This document shows positions 26,732 to 36,785 of a stretch of DNA of 64,000 nt, piece by piece. The position numbers and the translations under genes are program-made. Origin of the DNA: Bdellovibrionales bacterium (lineage in GTDB: Bacteria > Bdellovibrionota > Bdellovibrionia > Bdellovibrionales > UBA1609); contig JANQSP010000076.1 in assembly GCA_028283955.1 (NCBI GenBank), positions 4,064 through 68,063 on the forward strand, given 5' to 3'. The first letter of the stretch is position 1, and each line of letters begins with the position of its first letter. Below the pieces are notes generated by a model. The model ran no database searches, was not told where the DNA came from, and saw only the letters and a list, made by a program, of their open reading frames with translations.

Positions 26732-27775
26732 ATGGCAACATGGACTTACTTCCATAATCTGGACCCTTTTATTATTCAATTTACAGATAATTTCGGTATC
26801 CGTTGGTATTCCATGGCGTATATCATGGGGTTCATTACAACTTATCTTTTAATAAAGTGGCTGACTCGAAAAAATCTCTCACCTTTATCAAAAAATGATG
26901 CAGCTGACTTCATCATTTGGCTGGCTTTCGGAGTCATTATAGGAGGCCGGTTAGGATATGCTATTTTTTATGCGCAAAGCATTTTTATAGAGTTTGATTC
27001 CGAGTTTCCCTATTGGGAACTTCTTAAAATTCACCATGGAGGATTAGCCAGCCACGGAGGTATTATAGGTTTGATTATAGCCACTATCTTATTTGCAAAA
27101 AAACGCGGGTTTTCCACATACCACTGTCTGGATCTAACAGTCTTTGGCAGTTTAGGTATTTTTTTTGGAAGAATAGCCAACTTTATCAATGGAGAATTAT
27201 TTGGAAGAGTTATTGAAGGAAAGACCCTGTTAGCTGTTCAATTCCCCCAAGAAATGTTTTTATGGGTATCTCAAAAGAAAACAGAATCTTTAAAAGATCT
27301 GTCCACAGTTGTAACAAAAATAAAAACAGGACTGAACTCAGATATCTGGCAAAACTGGGTCTATCAATTTGGATCTGACGGAAATTACAAAACACAAATT
27401 TATTCCACTATCCATTCTTTAATAGAAGCCTGTGAAAAAGGAAACAAAGAAGTGATAGCCTCTTTAAAAGAAATCCTCTCCTACCGTCATCCCTCTCAGA
27501 TTTATCAATCTCTTTTGGAAGGTCTATTGCCTTTTTTATTAGTTTTATTTTTATGGAAAAAAAAGTCTCTAAAGCCGGGAATGATCGGTGGTATTTGGGC
27601 TTTATGCTATGGTTTCATGCGCATATTAGGCGAACAGTTCAGAATGCCGGATGCCCATCTGGGTTTTCGAGCTTTGGATCTCACCCGAGGTCAATGGTTA
27701 AGTGTAGCAATGCTTATATGTATTTTGATTTATTTTGTTCTGATTTTTAAAACCCAAAAAAGAGAAACACAGTAA
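26732..27775 (+). CDS. lgt: Prolipoprotein diacylglyceryl transferase
   Basis: IRWYSMAYIMGF, GGRLGY, HGGLASHGGIIG, GRIANFINGELFGR. Confidence 0.9.
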   Translation: MATWTYFHNLDPFIIQFTDNFGIRWYSMAYIMGFITTYLLIKWLTRKNLSPLSKNDAADFIIWLAFGVIIGGRLGYAIFYAQSIFIEFDSEFPYWELLKIHHGGLASHGGIIGLIIATILFAKKRGFSTYHCLDLTVFGSLGIFFGRIANFINGELFGRVIEGKTLLAVQFPQEMFLWVSQKKTESLKDLSTVVTKIKTGLNSDIWQNWVYQFGSDGNYKTQIYSTIHSLIEACEKGNKEVIASLKEILSYRHPSQIYQSLLEGLLPFLLVLFLWKKKSLKPGMIGGIWALCYGFMRILGEQFRMPDAHLGFRALDLTRGQWLSVAMLICILIYFVLIFKTQKRETQ

Positions 27776-27795
27776 AAGGTTTTTTATACCAAATC

Positions 27796-28683
27796 TCATA
27801 AAGAACCTTTCTGACAGGATACACGCTCCACCGAGAAGCCCTCTGATTCCAGCATATCAATAAAACTAAAAGCACCAATAAAATGAGCTGCACCGGCGGC
27901 GACAAAAATACGATCATAATTATTATGAGCTGACACAAATTTGGACAGCCATAGCTCATTTCTCTGTTTCAACACAATCCGATTATAATCACTACCCCTA
28001 TCCTCTTCATGGATGATGAGGCTGCCATCTTTATAAGATTGAAAAAAATCTTTAGTATCTGCAAGACATATTGGGTAATATTCAATCTTCTTGTCCACAT
28101 GTTCACATGTAAAAACAGCCTGCACCGGATCCAACGATTCCGAACTGTCTAGAGGTTTTAAAGGTATATCATAAGCTCTTGCTATAGACTCCACTTCTCC
28201 ATCCATTTCAACATATAAAGATGAAGCACCCATTGCTTCTTTTATGCAAAGTGTTTCCACCAAAACATTTAAAGCTGTACAATTAAACTCACTAGACACA
28301 CCTTTCCGTCTCAAAAATTTCTGGCTATAGAAATTCAGTTTTTTAAAATCCTCACCATTAGGAGAGAGAGAATCAAAAGGCTCCACTTCTTCTGATGCAG
28401 GTCCATCCGTTACCACTTCTACAAATACCAAGTCGCTGTTCCTCAGTTCTTTCAATATTACATCCGAACAGGATAATTCATACAGGGAAATACCTATATG
28501 AATAGTCCCTAATAGATAAGACACCTTTCCTTCTTTTTCCACCTTCCAAAAAAAAGGCTTTTCCAATGCCGGCTCCTCTTCTCTTTCAGGAAAACCACAG
28601 GAAACCATAAAAAAAGATATGGAAAAGAAACAGAATATTAGTAGCAAATAATAGGGTCTTTTCATCATTTCCGTAAACCTCAT
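27796..28683 (-). CDS. TraB/GumN-family lipoprotein (copy 1)
   Basis: Lipobox FFMVSCGF. PFFWKVEKEGKVSYLLGTIH and C-terminal FVAAGAAHF motifs. Confidence 0.75.
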   Translation of the reverse strand: MRFTEMMKRPYYLLLIFCFFSISFFMVSCGFPEREEEPALEKPFFWKVEKEGKVSYLLGTIHIGISLYELSCSDVILKELRNSDLVFVEVVTDGPASEEVEPFDSLSPNGEDFKKLNFYSQKFLRRKGVSSEFNCTALNVLVETLCIKEAMGASSLYVEMDGEVESIARAYDIPLKPLDSSESLDPVQAVFTCEHVDKKIEYYPICLADTKDFFQSYKDGSLIIHEEDRGSDYNRIVLKQRNELWLSKFVSAHNNYDRIFVAAGAAHFIGAFSFIDMLESEGFSVERVSCQKGSL

Positions 28684-28836
28684 TGCTCACACATTTTTTG
28701 GAAGCTGTCTTACATTATAAAGCAACTAAATAAGTTAGTGTAAATTATTCACAACTCTATTCAAAACACTTTTTGAAAAATATATTTGCATAAAATTCAC
28801 ATATTATGTAAAAATTAAAATAAAAAGGGGTAGTTA

Positions 28837-29895
28837 GTGAGGGGGCCTTTCCATCCATGTGACATGTTTTTTAAGTGTGTCATTTCTACTTTTATTTTTC
28901 TTACCACCTTTACTTATGCTCAAAAATTATCCGCCCAAAACACAGACCAACAAGTTACACCTGCTGACAGAAGAACAGAGGGTGCACCAATAACAACATC
29001 CCTCCCCGAACCGGGAAAAACAGCTGTATCTACAGCACCTGACGATTCATGCATTATACCGGAAAACACAGATGTCATCCATTTCCCACTGGAAAACTGG
29101 GATTCATTATCAGAGTTCTTCAAAACTGCTGAAGAAACTATCGACACAGTTAAGGAAGGATTTAACAACTTTGTACAGTTTTTTGAAACACAGCTGGATC
29201 TAACACCAGATAGTGCTGATAATAAAAAACAATCCACCGAAAGCACAGTTTCCGCTGTATTAGAAAAAGCGGCTTACCTTCAATTCACATTAGCCAGACT
29301 AATACAAAAAAATCCAAATTCTCTGGTATTTCATGAATTCACAACACAAATTCATGACACCAGATATCTTAATAAATTAGCCCCTTGGACAACCAATACT
29401 ATCTCACAACCAGATCAACTGCCCGATTTGGAAAACCGCAAACCGGAACATTTATACTACTTAGTCAGAGAACAGTTTCCACACGGATTACCTATACAAT
29501 ATAAATATCTTGATGAAGATCAAAAATATACCTTAGCTATAACCGGAGGAGTACATACTTTATTTTTTATGGATCAACTTCCTGTTATTTTCCCCTCTAT
29601 CTCCAATGCAGATTATCAAATGCTCAATATCAATGAAGGAGAGTCCGCCTACTGCGACTCTTACTATCGTGGACTTTTCAAGATATGCGTTTCTTCTTAT
29701 TACATGCTGCAAGTTTTTAGAGCGGAAAAACTGGCCTCCATTGTAAATAATTTGTTAAATATATCTTCTCCCTTTCAACAGGAAAAACCGATAGCTATAC
29801 TGGCCTATAGAGATACACACGATTTAAGCCCGTATTTTCCAAACAAAAAGTTCTATAAACTGCCATCCGCCTGCATACAACCAGAAGAAAAATAA
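28837..29895 (+). CDS. Hypothetical secreted protein
   Basis: GTG start with GGGG SD (or ATG at 28864). Signal-like FKCVISTFIFLTTFTYAQ. No family recognised. Confidence 0.55.
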   Translation: MRGPFHPCDMFFKCVISTFIFLTTFTYAQKLSAQNTDQQVTPADRRTEGAPITTSLPEPGKTAVSTAPDDSCIIPENTDVIHFPLENWDSLSEFFKTAEETIDTVKEGFNNFVQFFETQLDLTPDSADNKKQSTESTVSAVLEKAAYLQFTLARLIQKNPNSLVFHEFTTQIHDTRYLNKLAPWTTNTISQPDQLPDLENRKPEHLYYLVREQFPHGLPIQYKYLDEDQKYTLAITGGVHTLFFMDQLPVIFPSISNADYQMLNINEGESAYCDSYYRGLFKICVSSYYMLQVFRAEKLASIVNNLLNISSPFQQEKPIAILAYRDTHDLSPYFPNKKFYKLPSACIQPEEK

Positions 29896-30004
29896 ACCAT
29901 TTTTTCCTGTTTTTTAGCATAACAAAAAAATATGTTTTTTATTGAACTTGACAAAAACGATTATGATCTCACCTTAAAGTTAAACATATGAAAGGAGGGA
30001 AAAA

Positions 30005-30493
30005 ATGAACTTAAGAATCTATAAAAACAAACCTTCAACCTGGTTTGATGATTTTACACATCCCTTGGATTATTTCTGGGATAATATGCCTCTAACTACA
30101 AAAGGTGAGAAAAGTTTTTCTCCAGCCTGTGATTTGCATGAAACCAAAGATTACTACTTTTTCAGTCTGGACATACCAGGTGTAAGTAAAGAGGATGTTC
30201 ACATTGAATTTCATGACAACACTCTACAGATTTCAGGCGAAAAGAGAAATGAGTACAAAGGAGGAAAAACAGAAGGCAAGCAACAATTTTATGAAAAATT
30301 TTATGGAAAATTTCAAAGATCTTTTACATTGCCAACAGCAGTGAAAGAAACAGAAATTGAAGCCCATTTTAAAAACGGTGTCCTGGAGCTGCTCATTCCA
30401 AAGAAAACGGAAAACAAAGGACGGACAATATCCATAACAGAGGAAAACAAAAACGGGCTTTTTTCACGTTTGCTAAAAAACAATAAACAGTAA
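30005..30493 (+). CDS. Hsp20/alpha-crystallin small heat-shock protein
   Basis: Strong SD AAAGGAGGG. PACDLHETKDYYFFSLDIPGV.KEDV.I....N.L.ISGEK...F.RSF.LP......I.A.F.NGVLEL.IPK. Confidence 0.9.
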   Translation: MNLRIYKNKPSTWFDDFTHPLDYFWDNMPLTTKGEKSFSPACDLHETKDYYFFSLDIPGVSKEDVHIEFHDNTLQISGEKRNEYKGGKTEGKQQFYEKFYGKFQRSFTLPTAVKETEIEAHFKNGVLELLIPKKTENKGRTISITEENKNGLFSRLLKNNKQ

Positions 30494-30512
30494 TAAAAAC
30501 CTCTCATACAGA

Positions 30513-30548
30513 AAGGCCACTGATTTATAATCAGTGGCCTTTTTTTTA
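30513..30548. terminator. Bidirectional rho-independent terminator between hsp20 and the convergent acyltransferase gene
   Basis: Perfect 10-bp stem AGGCCACTGA-TTTATAA-TCAGTGGCCT, flanked by an A-run on the left and T8 on the right. Confidence 0.8.
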
Positions 30549-30574
30549 ACAAAAAAGAAACACACAATAATCGT

Positions 30575-31393
30575 TCACAGCAGTTTATCCCGCAGGTAAA
30601 CAGCATCTTCATAACGATTGACCAACTTTGGATTCTTTACATTTTTAAAATCCAAAGTAATAAAAAAGTCATAAGATTTAAAGTTAGGATCAAAAACCGG
30701 TGGACCATGTATTTTTATTCCCAAGTTTAAATACCATAAAAATAACCGGGGAAGTTTAAGCAGGTCGGATTTATTCGCTTTTGACTGTAAAAGTAAATCA
30801 TCAAAAGAATTAATCCGATATTTTTCCAAAGGTGATACAACAGCGTCCGTATCCACCAACTCTTCCGCTAAAAAAGTCTTATACACACTGGCAACATATT
30901 CAGGGGAAGTATCAATAATACTCACACAACCAAACATATATCTTGAAAAGGTCTTTCTGAAATACCTGGCCAGACCCAACCAAATACAATGAATAGCCTG
31001 ACTGCCTCTTAAACTTTTATGAGTACAGGCTCTCCCCATTTCCACTTTATTCCCGGACTTTTTATTTAAAAAATTATCTATATTAAAAAATACTTCTGCA
31101 TAGAAGCGATCATTAAACTCAGTAGCCCGCAAACGATAGGTCCCCACCACTTTATTGTCTTCTTTTTGAATGACAATTAAATGATCCGCTTGCAGATCAT
31201 ATTGATCAATATCCAATCCGGATTCAGAAGACTTTCCTGTCCATTCTTCATAAAACACTTCATTACGTAGTTGAAAAGCACCTAATAACTCCTCCTGTGT
31301 CTCTGCTGTTTTAATAAGAAAATGGTCTGAATCAATATTAAAGATCACATTTGGTTTATAGGATTTAAATGCATCTGGAAGAGATAAATTCAT
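30575..31393 (-). CDS. GNAT-family N-acyltransferase (OlsB / N-acyl amino acid synthase-like)
   Basis: AFQLRNEVFYEEW..DIDQYD..ADHLIV......VVGTYRL. 272 aa, typical of Acetyltransf_5 lipid N-acyltransferases. Confidence 0.65.
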   Translation of the reverse strand: MNLSLPDAFKSYKPNVIFNIDSDHFLIKTAETQEELLGAFQLRNEVFYEEWTGKSSESGLDIDQYDLQADHLIVIQKEDNKVVGTYRLRATEFNDRFYAEVFFNIDNFLNKKSGNKVEMGRACTHKSLRGSQAIHCIWLGLARYFRKTFSRYMFGCVSIIDTSPEYVASVYKTFLAEELVDTDAVVSPLEKYRINSFDDLLLQSKANKSDLLKLPRLFLWYLNLGIKIHGPPVFDPNFKSYDFFITLDFKNVKNPKLVNRYEDAVYLRDKLL

Positions 31394-31403
31394 CAGTCAA
31401 CTG

Positions 31404-31751
31404 CTACTTTCTTTCAACTAAAGACACTATACCGCCTTTAACAAAAAAAGTATTGATAAATCCTTTTTTTTGCAAACGCAGAGCAAGATCACAGCTTTGA
31501 TCCCCCTCTTCACAGATCAAAACAACCGGTTTTGATTTATCTGTTTGTCTTAGATGTTTTTCAATCTCTTGTTCCGTGCTGGCCTGTGATAACTGAAGAA
31601 CGGAAGATGTAAAACCCCCATTATCTTTCAATGAGAAATGGGAACTTAGATTAAAAAATAAAAAAGAGACATTATTATTGATTAAATTTTCCAGTTGAAA
31701 TAAATCAATAGAAAAATCTTCTTTACTTTCTTCATGATCCAATTTTGACAT
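31404..31751 (-). CDS. Rhodanese-like domain protein
   Basis: ..KPVVLICEEGDQSCDLALRLQKKGFINTFFVKGG (the active-site loop position carries Cys). Confidence 0.65.
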   Translation of the reverse strand: MSKLDHEESKEDFSIDLFQLENLINNNVSFLFFNLSSHFSLKDNGGFTSSVLQLSQASTEQEIEKHLRQTDKSKPVVLICEEGDQSCDLALRLQKKGFINTFFVKGGIVSLVERK

Positions 31752-31792
31752 ATTCTATTTTACCAAAAACTTTTATTCACTTCCATTTAAGT

Positions 31793-33052
31793 TTAAGGAA
31801 CTGTCCTCCCTTTTTGTGGAAAACAGCTTTTTAAACTAAACCCAACAAGTAAAGCAAAAAGAGCCAATAAACCCGATATAAAAAAAGGAGAAGAAGGGCT
31901 TATGTCTCTGTAAAACCAACCGCCCAAAGCCGGCCCTATAATCCGCCCCATCGAAAACAAACTTTGATGAACTCCAAAAATACCACCCTGCTGATCCCTA
32001 CTTGTTAAAAGGCTGACAGCCCCCGAAAGACAAGTGCTCGCCAAACCATAACCAACACATAATAAAGTCACACTAATAGCCAAAAACCAAAGCCAGTTTG
32101 TCATTCCCACTCCGGCAAAACCAATGCCCGCTACAACAAGCCCCCACATCACTGTCTTATATTCTCCAAAAGCCGGTATCAATTTCCTCACCAGAAAACC
32201 CTGAGTAAATACCATCATCAAACCAATATAAGTAAAACCAAGGCTGGCGGGAAAATGAGACCAACTAAGTCTATCTCTCACATATAAAAATAAAGAGGCT
32301 TCAATCCCGGCCAAAGCCAAAGTTAAAACAAAATACATAAACAAAGTTCGATTCAAAACAGGATATCGAAAAGCGGATAATAATTGCCGAACACGGGATT
32401 GATGAATATTTTTTATATTCAATAAAATATTTTTAACAGATAAAGAAGAAGAATCTGACTTAACAAAACTTTCCTTTAAAAAACAAAAAGTAATAATGAG
32501 ATTTATTACGCAAACAAGAAAAGCACCAAAGGCGGCAAAGCTGGAGCCAAAAGGAGGTATATCCCCCCAATGTCGACCTAAAAATCCAAAAATACCTCCC
32601 AAAAAAGGACCGATAACGAAACCCAATCCGATAGCCGCCCCCACCAATCCCATATTCTTGGATCGTTCTTTTTCCCCTGTCACATCAGCAATACAAGCCA
32701 TAGAGACAGACATCACGGCTCCAAATACACCCGCTAAAATACGGGTGAGAAACAAAGTCTGCAAAGTGGTAGCAAAAGAAAACCACAAGTAAAAAAAGGA
32801 AGACCCAACCAAACAAGCCAATATAATAGGTCTTCGACCCAGGCGATCACTCAAGTATCCCCAAAGTGGAGCAAACACCAATTGTGCTAAAGAATAAACA
32901 CTCATTAAGAGACCCACTTCCAGATCATCCGCACCGAAATCTCTGGCTAAATAAGGGCTAAGGGGAATAATCATACCGAAAGCGGTAAACTCCATCAGAA
33001 CAATGGAAAAAATAAGTGATAAGGAACGAAATCGGGCGGAAGATTGAAACAA
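31793..33052 (-). CDS. MFS transporter (12 TM, drug/H+ antiporter-like)
   Basis: WGYLSDRLGRRPI (MFS motif A) and about 12 hydrophobic segments. Confidence 0.85.
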   Translation of the reverse strand: MFQSSARFRSLSLIFSIVLMEFTAFGMIIPLSPYLARDFGADDLEVGLLMSVYSLAQLVFAPLWGYLSDRLGRRPIILACLVGSSFFYLWFSFATTLQTLFLTRILAGVFGAVMSVSMACIADVTGEKERSKNMGLVGAAIGLGFVIGPFLGGIFGFLGRHWGDIPPFGSSFAAFGAFLVCVINLIITFCFLKESFVKSDSSSLSVKNILLNIKNIHQSRVRQLLSAFRYPVLNRTLFMYFVLTLALAGIEASLFLYVRDRLSWSHFPASLGFTYIGLMMVFTQGFLVRKLIPAFGEYKTVMWGLVVAGIGFAGVGMTNWLWFLAISVTLLCVGYGLASTCLSGAVSLLTSRDQQGGIFGVHQSLFSMGRIIGPALGGWFYRDISPSSPFFISGLLALFALLVGFSLKSCFPQKGRTVP

Positions 33053-33139
33053 GGATTTTCCCTCTTTGATTTTCTACTGGTCGGATTTAAAAACTTCTCT
33101 TATCTTTCAGTTTCATCCAAAAAGGGAAACCTTTTTAGA

Positions 33140-33167
33140 GTCTGGAAAAATCAAACCCATTGGGTTT
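33140..33167 (-). terminator. Possible intrinsic terminator after hppA
   Basis: Minus-strand AAACCC-AAU-GGGUUU followed by GAUUUUUCC. The stem overlaps the stop codon and is short. Confidence 0.35.
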
Positions 33168-35193
33168 AAAGAAGAGGAGCTATAATCAAAGCCACTATAG
33201 AAAGCAATTTAATTAAAATATTCATAGCTGGCCCTGTTGTATCCTTAAAAGGATCTCCAACAGTGTCCCCAATAACAGAAGCGGCGTGAGTATCATCCCC
33301 CTTGGAAGCCCCTTCCAAGGTGCCTTTTTCAATAAACTTCTTCGCATTATCCCAGGCTCCACCGGCATTCGCCATAAGTAAAGCCAAAGTTACACCTGTT
33401 AACAAAGCTCCCGCTAAAGCCCCACTGAGCGTTTCCGGCCCCATGGTAAAACCAACAACAACCGGAAAAAGGACAGCAATAATTCCAGGTAAAATCATTT
33501 CCTTAAGAGAGGCATTAGTGGCAATACTCACACAACGACCTGTATCCGGCTTGGCATTTCCTTCCAATAAGCCGGTGATTTCCTTAAACTGCCGGCGAAT
33601 TTCATCCACCATTTTGGAAGCTGTTCTTCCGACTGATTTAAGTGTCAAACTGGCAGCAATCACCACCATCGCCGCACCCAGGAACAAACCCATCACTACA
33701 GAAGGTTGACTCAAACTCATGGTTATCTCAGTTTCTGAAGACGCACTCACCGCTTCTTTAAATGCCACAAACAGAGCCAGAGCCGTCAAGGCAGCTGAAC
33801 CGATTGCGAAACCCTTTCCAATAGCGGCAGTGGTATTACCTAAAGAATCCAGATCATCTGTAATTTTTCTCACATCAGGTCCTAAACCAGACATCTCAGC
33901 AATACCTCCGGCATTGTCAGCTACAGGCCCATAAGCGTCAATAGTCATTGTAATACCCACCGTAGCCAACATACCCACAGCCGCAACGGCAATACCGTAC
34001 AAACCGGCAAAAGTATAAGAAAGCTGAATAGCCAGGGCGATCACAATTAAAGGAGCGCAAGTGGACTCCAATCCCACAGCAAAACCGGAAATAACATTTG
34101 TAGCAGGACCGGTCTTGGAGGCTTTAGCCACCTGACGTACAGGCTGAGCAGAAGTATAGTACTCAGTAATTTTTCCAATAAGAAGTCCCGCAATCTGCCC
34201 TGCACAAACCGCTATGAACAAGCGATAACCTTTATCTATTGATAATAAGACTCCTCCTACAAAAGCCAGGAACAAAAAACCGGCAATAAGCTGAGAAAGA
34301 AGCAAAGCCAAGTCAGGTGATTTATTTTTCAAAATCCTTATGCTAAACACACCCACAACAGAAGACAAAAGCCCCACCATACACAATACAAGAGGAAAAG
34401 ATGTCAACAAGCTACGGGAAAAATGAGTTCCAAAATATTGAGTGATTACCTCTGCGTTCATAGTAAGAGCAATAGTAATAGAAGCCACCATAGCACCTAC
34501 ATAAGACTCAAAAATATCCGCTCCCATTCCCGCTACATCACCTACATTGTCTCCCACATTATCTGCAATCACACCCGGATTTCGCGGATCATCCTCCGGA
34601 ATACCCGCTTCCACTTTACCTACCAAATCCGCTCCCACATCCGCGGCTTTAGTGAATATCCCTCCCCCAATACGGGCAAATAAAGCAATAGAAGAAGCAC
34701 CCATGGAAAAACCGGAAACAATAGAAGTAAATTTCAGACCCCCCTCAGAAAAAAAATAGTACACCACACCCAGACCCAATAAACCTAAACTGGCTACCGA
34801 AAGCCCCATAACAGCGCCACCGTTAAAAGCAACATATAAAGCTCCGGCCAATCCCTTTTCTTTAGCTGCCATAGCCGTCCTGACATTACTCTTTGTGGCT
34901 GCTTTCATACCAATAAAACCCGCCAACCCGGAGCACAAAGCTCCCAGAATGAAAGAGGTACCGGTTTGCCACCCAAAAGAGAAAAACAAAAGACCTGCAA
35001 CCACTAAAACAAAAACAAGCAATTTTGAATATTCTGACTTTAAAAAAGCCATGGCCCCCAACTCAATCTCATGAGCAATGCTCTTCATTTGATCTGTCCC
35101 GGCTGAATGGGAAAGAATCGTTCTATAAATACTGACAGCCAACACAAGGCCCAGAGCACCTAAAACAGGAAAAAGAAGCTGTAGATCAAACAT
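33166..35193 (-). CDS. hppA: Membrane-bound proton/sodium-translocating pyrophosphatase
   Basis: [40 protein letters not shown]. 675 aa, polytopic. Confidence 0.95.
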   Translation of the reverse strand: MFDLQLLFPVLGALGLVLAVSIYRTILSHSAGTDQMKSIAHEIELGAMAFLKSEYSKLLVFVLVVAGLLFFSFGWQTGTSFILGALCSGLAGFIGMKAATKSNVRTAMAAKEKGLAGALYVAFNGGAVMGLSVASLGLLGLGVVYYFFSEGGLKFTSIVSGFSMGASSIALFARIGGGIFTKAADVGADLVGKVEAGIPEDDPRNPGVIADNVGDNVGDVAGMGADIFESYVGAMVASITIALTMNAEVITQYFGTHFSRSLLTSFPLVLCMVGLLSSVVGVFSIRILKNKSPDLALLLSQLIAGFLFLAFVGGVLLSIDKGYRLFIAVCAGQIAGLLIGKITEYYTSAQPVRQVAKASKTGPATNVISGFAVGLESTCAPLIVIALAIQLSYTFAGLYGIAVAAVGMLATVGITMTIDAYGPVADNAGGIAEMSGLGPDVRKITDDLDSLGNTTAAIGKGFAIGSAALTALALFVAFKEAVSASSETEITMSLSQPSVVMGLFLGAAMVVIAASLTLKSVGRTASKMVDEIRRQFKEITGLLEGNAKPDTGRCVSIATNASLKEMILPGIIAVLFPVVVGFTMGPETLSGALAGALLTGVTLALLMANAGGAWDNAKKFIEKGTLEGASKGDDTHAASVIGDTVGDPFKDTTGPAMNILIKLLSIVALIIAPLL

Positions 35194-35391
35194 TTATTCA
35201 CTCCTTATGAGAAAAGGTAAAAAACATTCCTACATAAATACCAAAATTGCATAAATATTCAAAACAATTTTAAACTGTGGCGATTTTTAGGCTGTTCGTA
35301 ATAATAGTTGCTCTATAAGAATCCACACCTCACAAAAAAGAAATGCATAAAAAACACTGACAAATGCCATATTCTCTAATATCTAATAGAC

Positions 35392-35745
35392 ATGAGCTAT
35401 GAAACATATAGACTGATCCATCTTTTTGCTATTATTTCCCTTTTTCTATCCATAGGAGCTTTTCTTGTCTATTCCGGAAATAATAAAAAGCTAAAGAAGA
35501 ATGTAATGATTTTACATGGACTGGCGGGCTTACTTTTATTTGTCAGTGGTTTTGGCCTGATTGCACGCCTAAAAATGCACTCTTTCCCCATGTGGGTAAT
35601 CCTAAAAATAGGAGTTTGGATTATATTAACTGTATTAATCCCTATTGTAGGATCAAAAAAAATCAATAAAAAATGGATTTGGTTGCTGGTTTTTGCGAGT
35701 GGATTCAGCGCTATTTATCTGGCTGTGCTGAAACCCTTTATTTAA
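35392..35745 (+). CDS. Hypothetical 4-TM membrane protein
   Basis: Four hydrophobic helices. No family recognised with confidence. Confidence 0.6.
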   Translation: MSYETYRLIHLFAIISLFLSIGAFLVYSGNNKKLKKNVMILHGLAGLLLFVSGFGLIARLKMHSFPMWVILKIGVWIILTVLIPIVGSKKINKKWIWLLVFASGFSAIYLAVLKPFI

Positions 35746-35981
35746 TCTGATTTTTCCTTTTCTTTCAGTTCCTGTAAAAACTCATTATACACTTCTTCCT
35801 GCACAGACTTATGATAAAAATCCATTCTATATTGTGGAAAAGTCTCCTGAACTTGCAATTCCTCTTTTTCCAGTTTGAGCTTTTCCTCTTCAGAAACAGT
35901 GCTCTCCTCCCCCATCAGGGAGAGGGGAAGAAAACTGAAGAAAAAAAATACGATCACCTTAAAATACATGCTCTTTACCAT
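35742..35981 (-). CDS. Hypothetical small secreted acidic protein
   Basis: Signal-like FKVIVFFFFSFLPLSLMG. Sits 15 nt downstream of the L24-like gene on the same strand. Confidence 0.5.
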   Translation of the reverse strand: MVKSMYFKVIVFFFFSFLPLSLMGEESTVSEEEKLKLEKEELQVQETFPQYRMDFYHKSVQEEVYNEFLQELKEKEKSD

Positions 35982-35995
35982 GAAAATAAAATACC

Positions 35996-36220
35996 CTATT
36001 TGGATTTGGGGGCGGAAGAGATGAGACGAACATTAGAATAATCTATCCACCCTTCCTTTTTTTGTATTCCTTCTTTCTTATCAAAGTGAGTCTGCACCCT
36101 GACTCCCTGAAGACGCACTTTTAATTTACCTGCATCGACTTCAAGAACTTTTGATTTTTTACCTTTTTCAGCACCGGAAATTACCAATGCTTCATCACCT
36201 TTCTTTAATTTGAGTTTCAT
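35996..36220 (-). CDS. Short ribosomal protein L24-like (KOW) protein, 74 aa
   Basis: KKGDEALVISGAEKGKKSKVLEV (KOW motif) plus ..VRLQGVRVQTHF....GIQKKEGWIDYSNVRL, like the L24 core. ATGA overlap with the rpmB stop. Confidence 0.7.
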   Translation of the reverse strand: MKLKLKKGDEALVISGAEKGKKSKVLEVDAGKLKVRLQGVRVQTHFDKKEGIQKKEGWIDYSNVRLISSAPKSK

Positions 36221-36510
36221 GATCCCGCCTCTTTACACAGCTTCTTCTCCATATTTTTCCTCAATTTCAAAGCAAAAGGAGAAAGATTATTTTTTGAACA
36301 CTTCATAAGAAAATTATCAATTCCACCACTCTTGTCTATAGACCGAACTGTGCTGGCGGCCACTTTCAAACGAAAAGATCTCTTTAAACAAGAACTATAA
36401 AAAGACCTAAACTGCACATTGGGAAAGGCCCTTGACTTGGTCTTAATATTAGAATGGCTAACCAGATTTTTCACAACCGGTTTTTTACCGGTTAATTCAC
36501 AGCGAGGCAT
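36217..36510 (-). CDS. rpmB: 50S ribosomal protein L28
   Basis: MPRCELTGKKPVVKNLVSHSNIKTKSRAFPNVQ. ATG 36510 has a perfect AGGAG SD 7 nt upstream; the track start 36528 lies upstream of this SD. Confidence 0.9.
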   Translation of the reverse strand: MPRCELTGKKPVVKNLVSHSNIKTKSRAFPNVQFRSFYSSCLKRSFRLKVAASTVRSIDKSGGIDNFLMKCSKNNLSPFALKLRKNMEKKLCKEAGS

Positions 36511-36633
36511 AATAAATCTCCTACTCATGAAATAAAGATAATATTGATATACTCAACAGCTACTTATTCGTCAACAAATCCACTTATTTTCAACTGTTAA
36601 GAACAGGTTTCAGGAAAATACAGGTATTTCCTC

Positions 36634-36737
36634 TATTTTTATTGTTTTAAAAAGACACAATTGATAAAACCCCATTATTAGGGTCTTCAAATCAAGGCTT
36701 TATTTTTTATTGTTTTAACAGTATACAATTGATAAAA
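36634..36737. repeat. Two about 36-nt imperfect direct repeats (36634-36669, 36701-36737) in the rpmB/rpsR divergent region
   Basis: TATTTTTATTGTTTTAAAAAGACACAATTGATAAAA versus TATTTTTTATTGTTTTAACAGTATACAATTGATAAAA. Confidence 0.7.
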
Positions 36738-36785
36738 AGCGCAAAATAACGGCCATTACACAGTCATTAAAAAAGGGAAAAACAA

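Noticed and set aside
29944-29977. A sigma-32-type heat-shock promoter upstream of hsp20 (CTTGACAAA ... CTCACCTTA)
   Set aside because: The -10 match to CCCCATNT is poor, and the spacer (about 16 nt) is longer than the canonical 13-15. I cannot support it from sequence alone.
33302-34759. Several 70-135 aa plus-strand ORFs (33302-33709, 33719-33934, 34423-34683, 34547-34759)
   Set aside because: They are antisense to hppA, whose pyrophosphatase motifs are unambiguous. Their translations are Ala/Pro/Ser-rich mirror frames typical of antisense ORFs.
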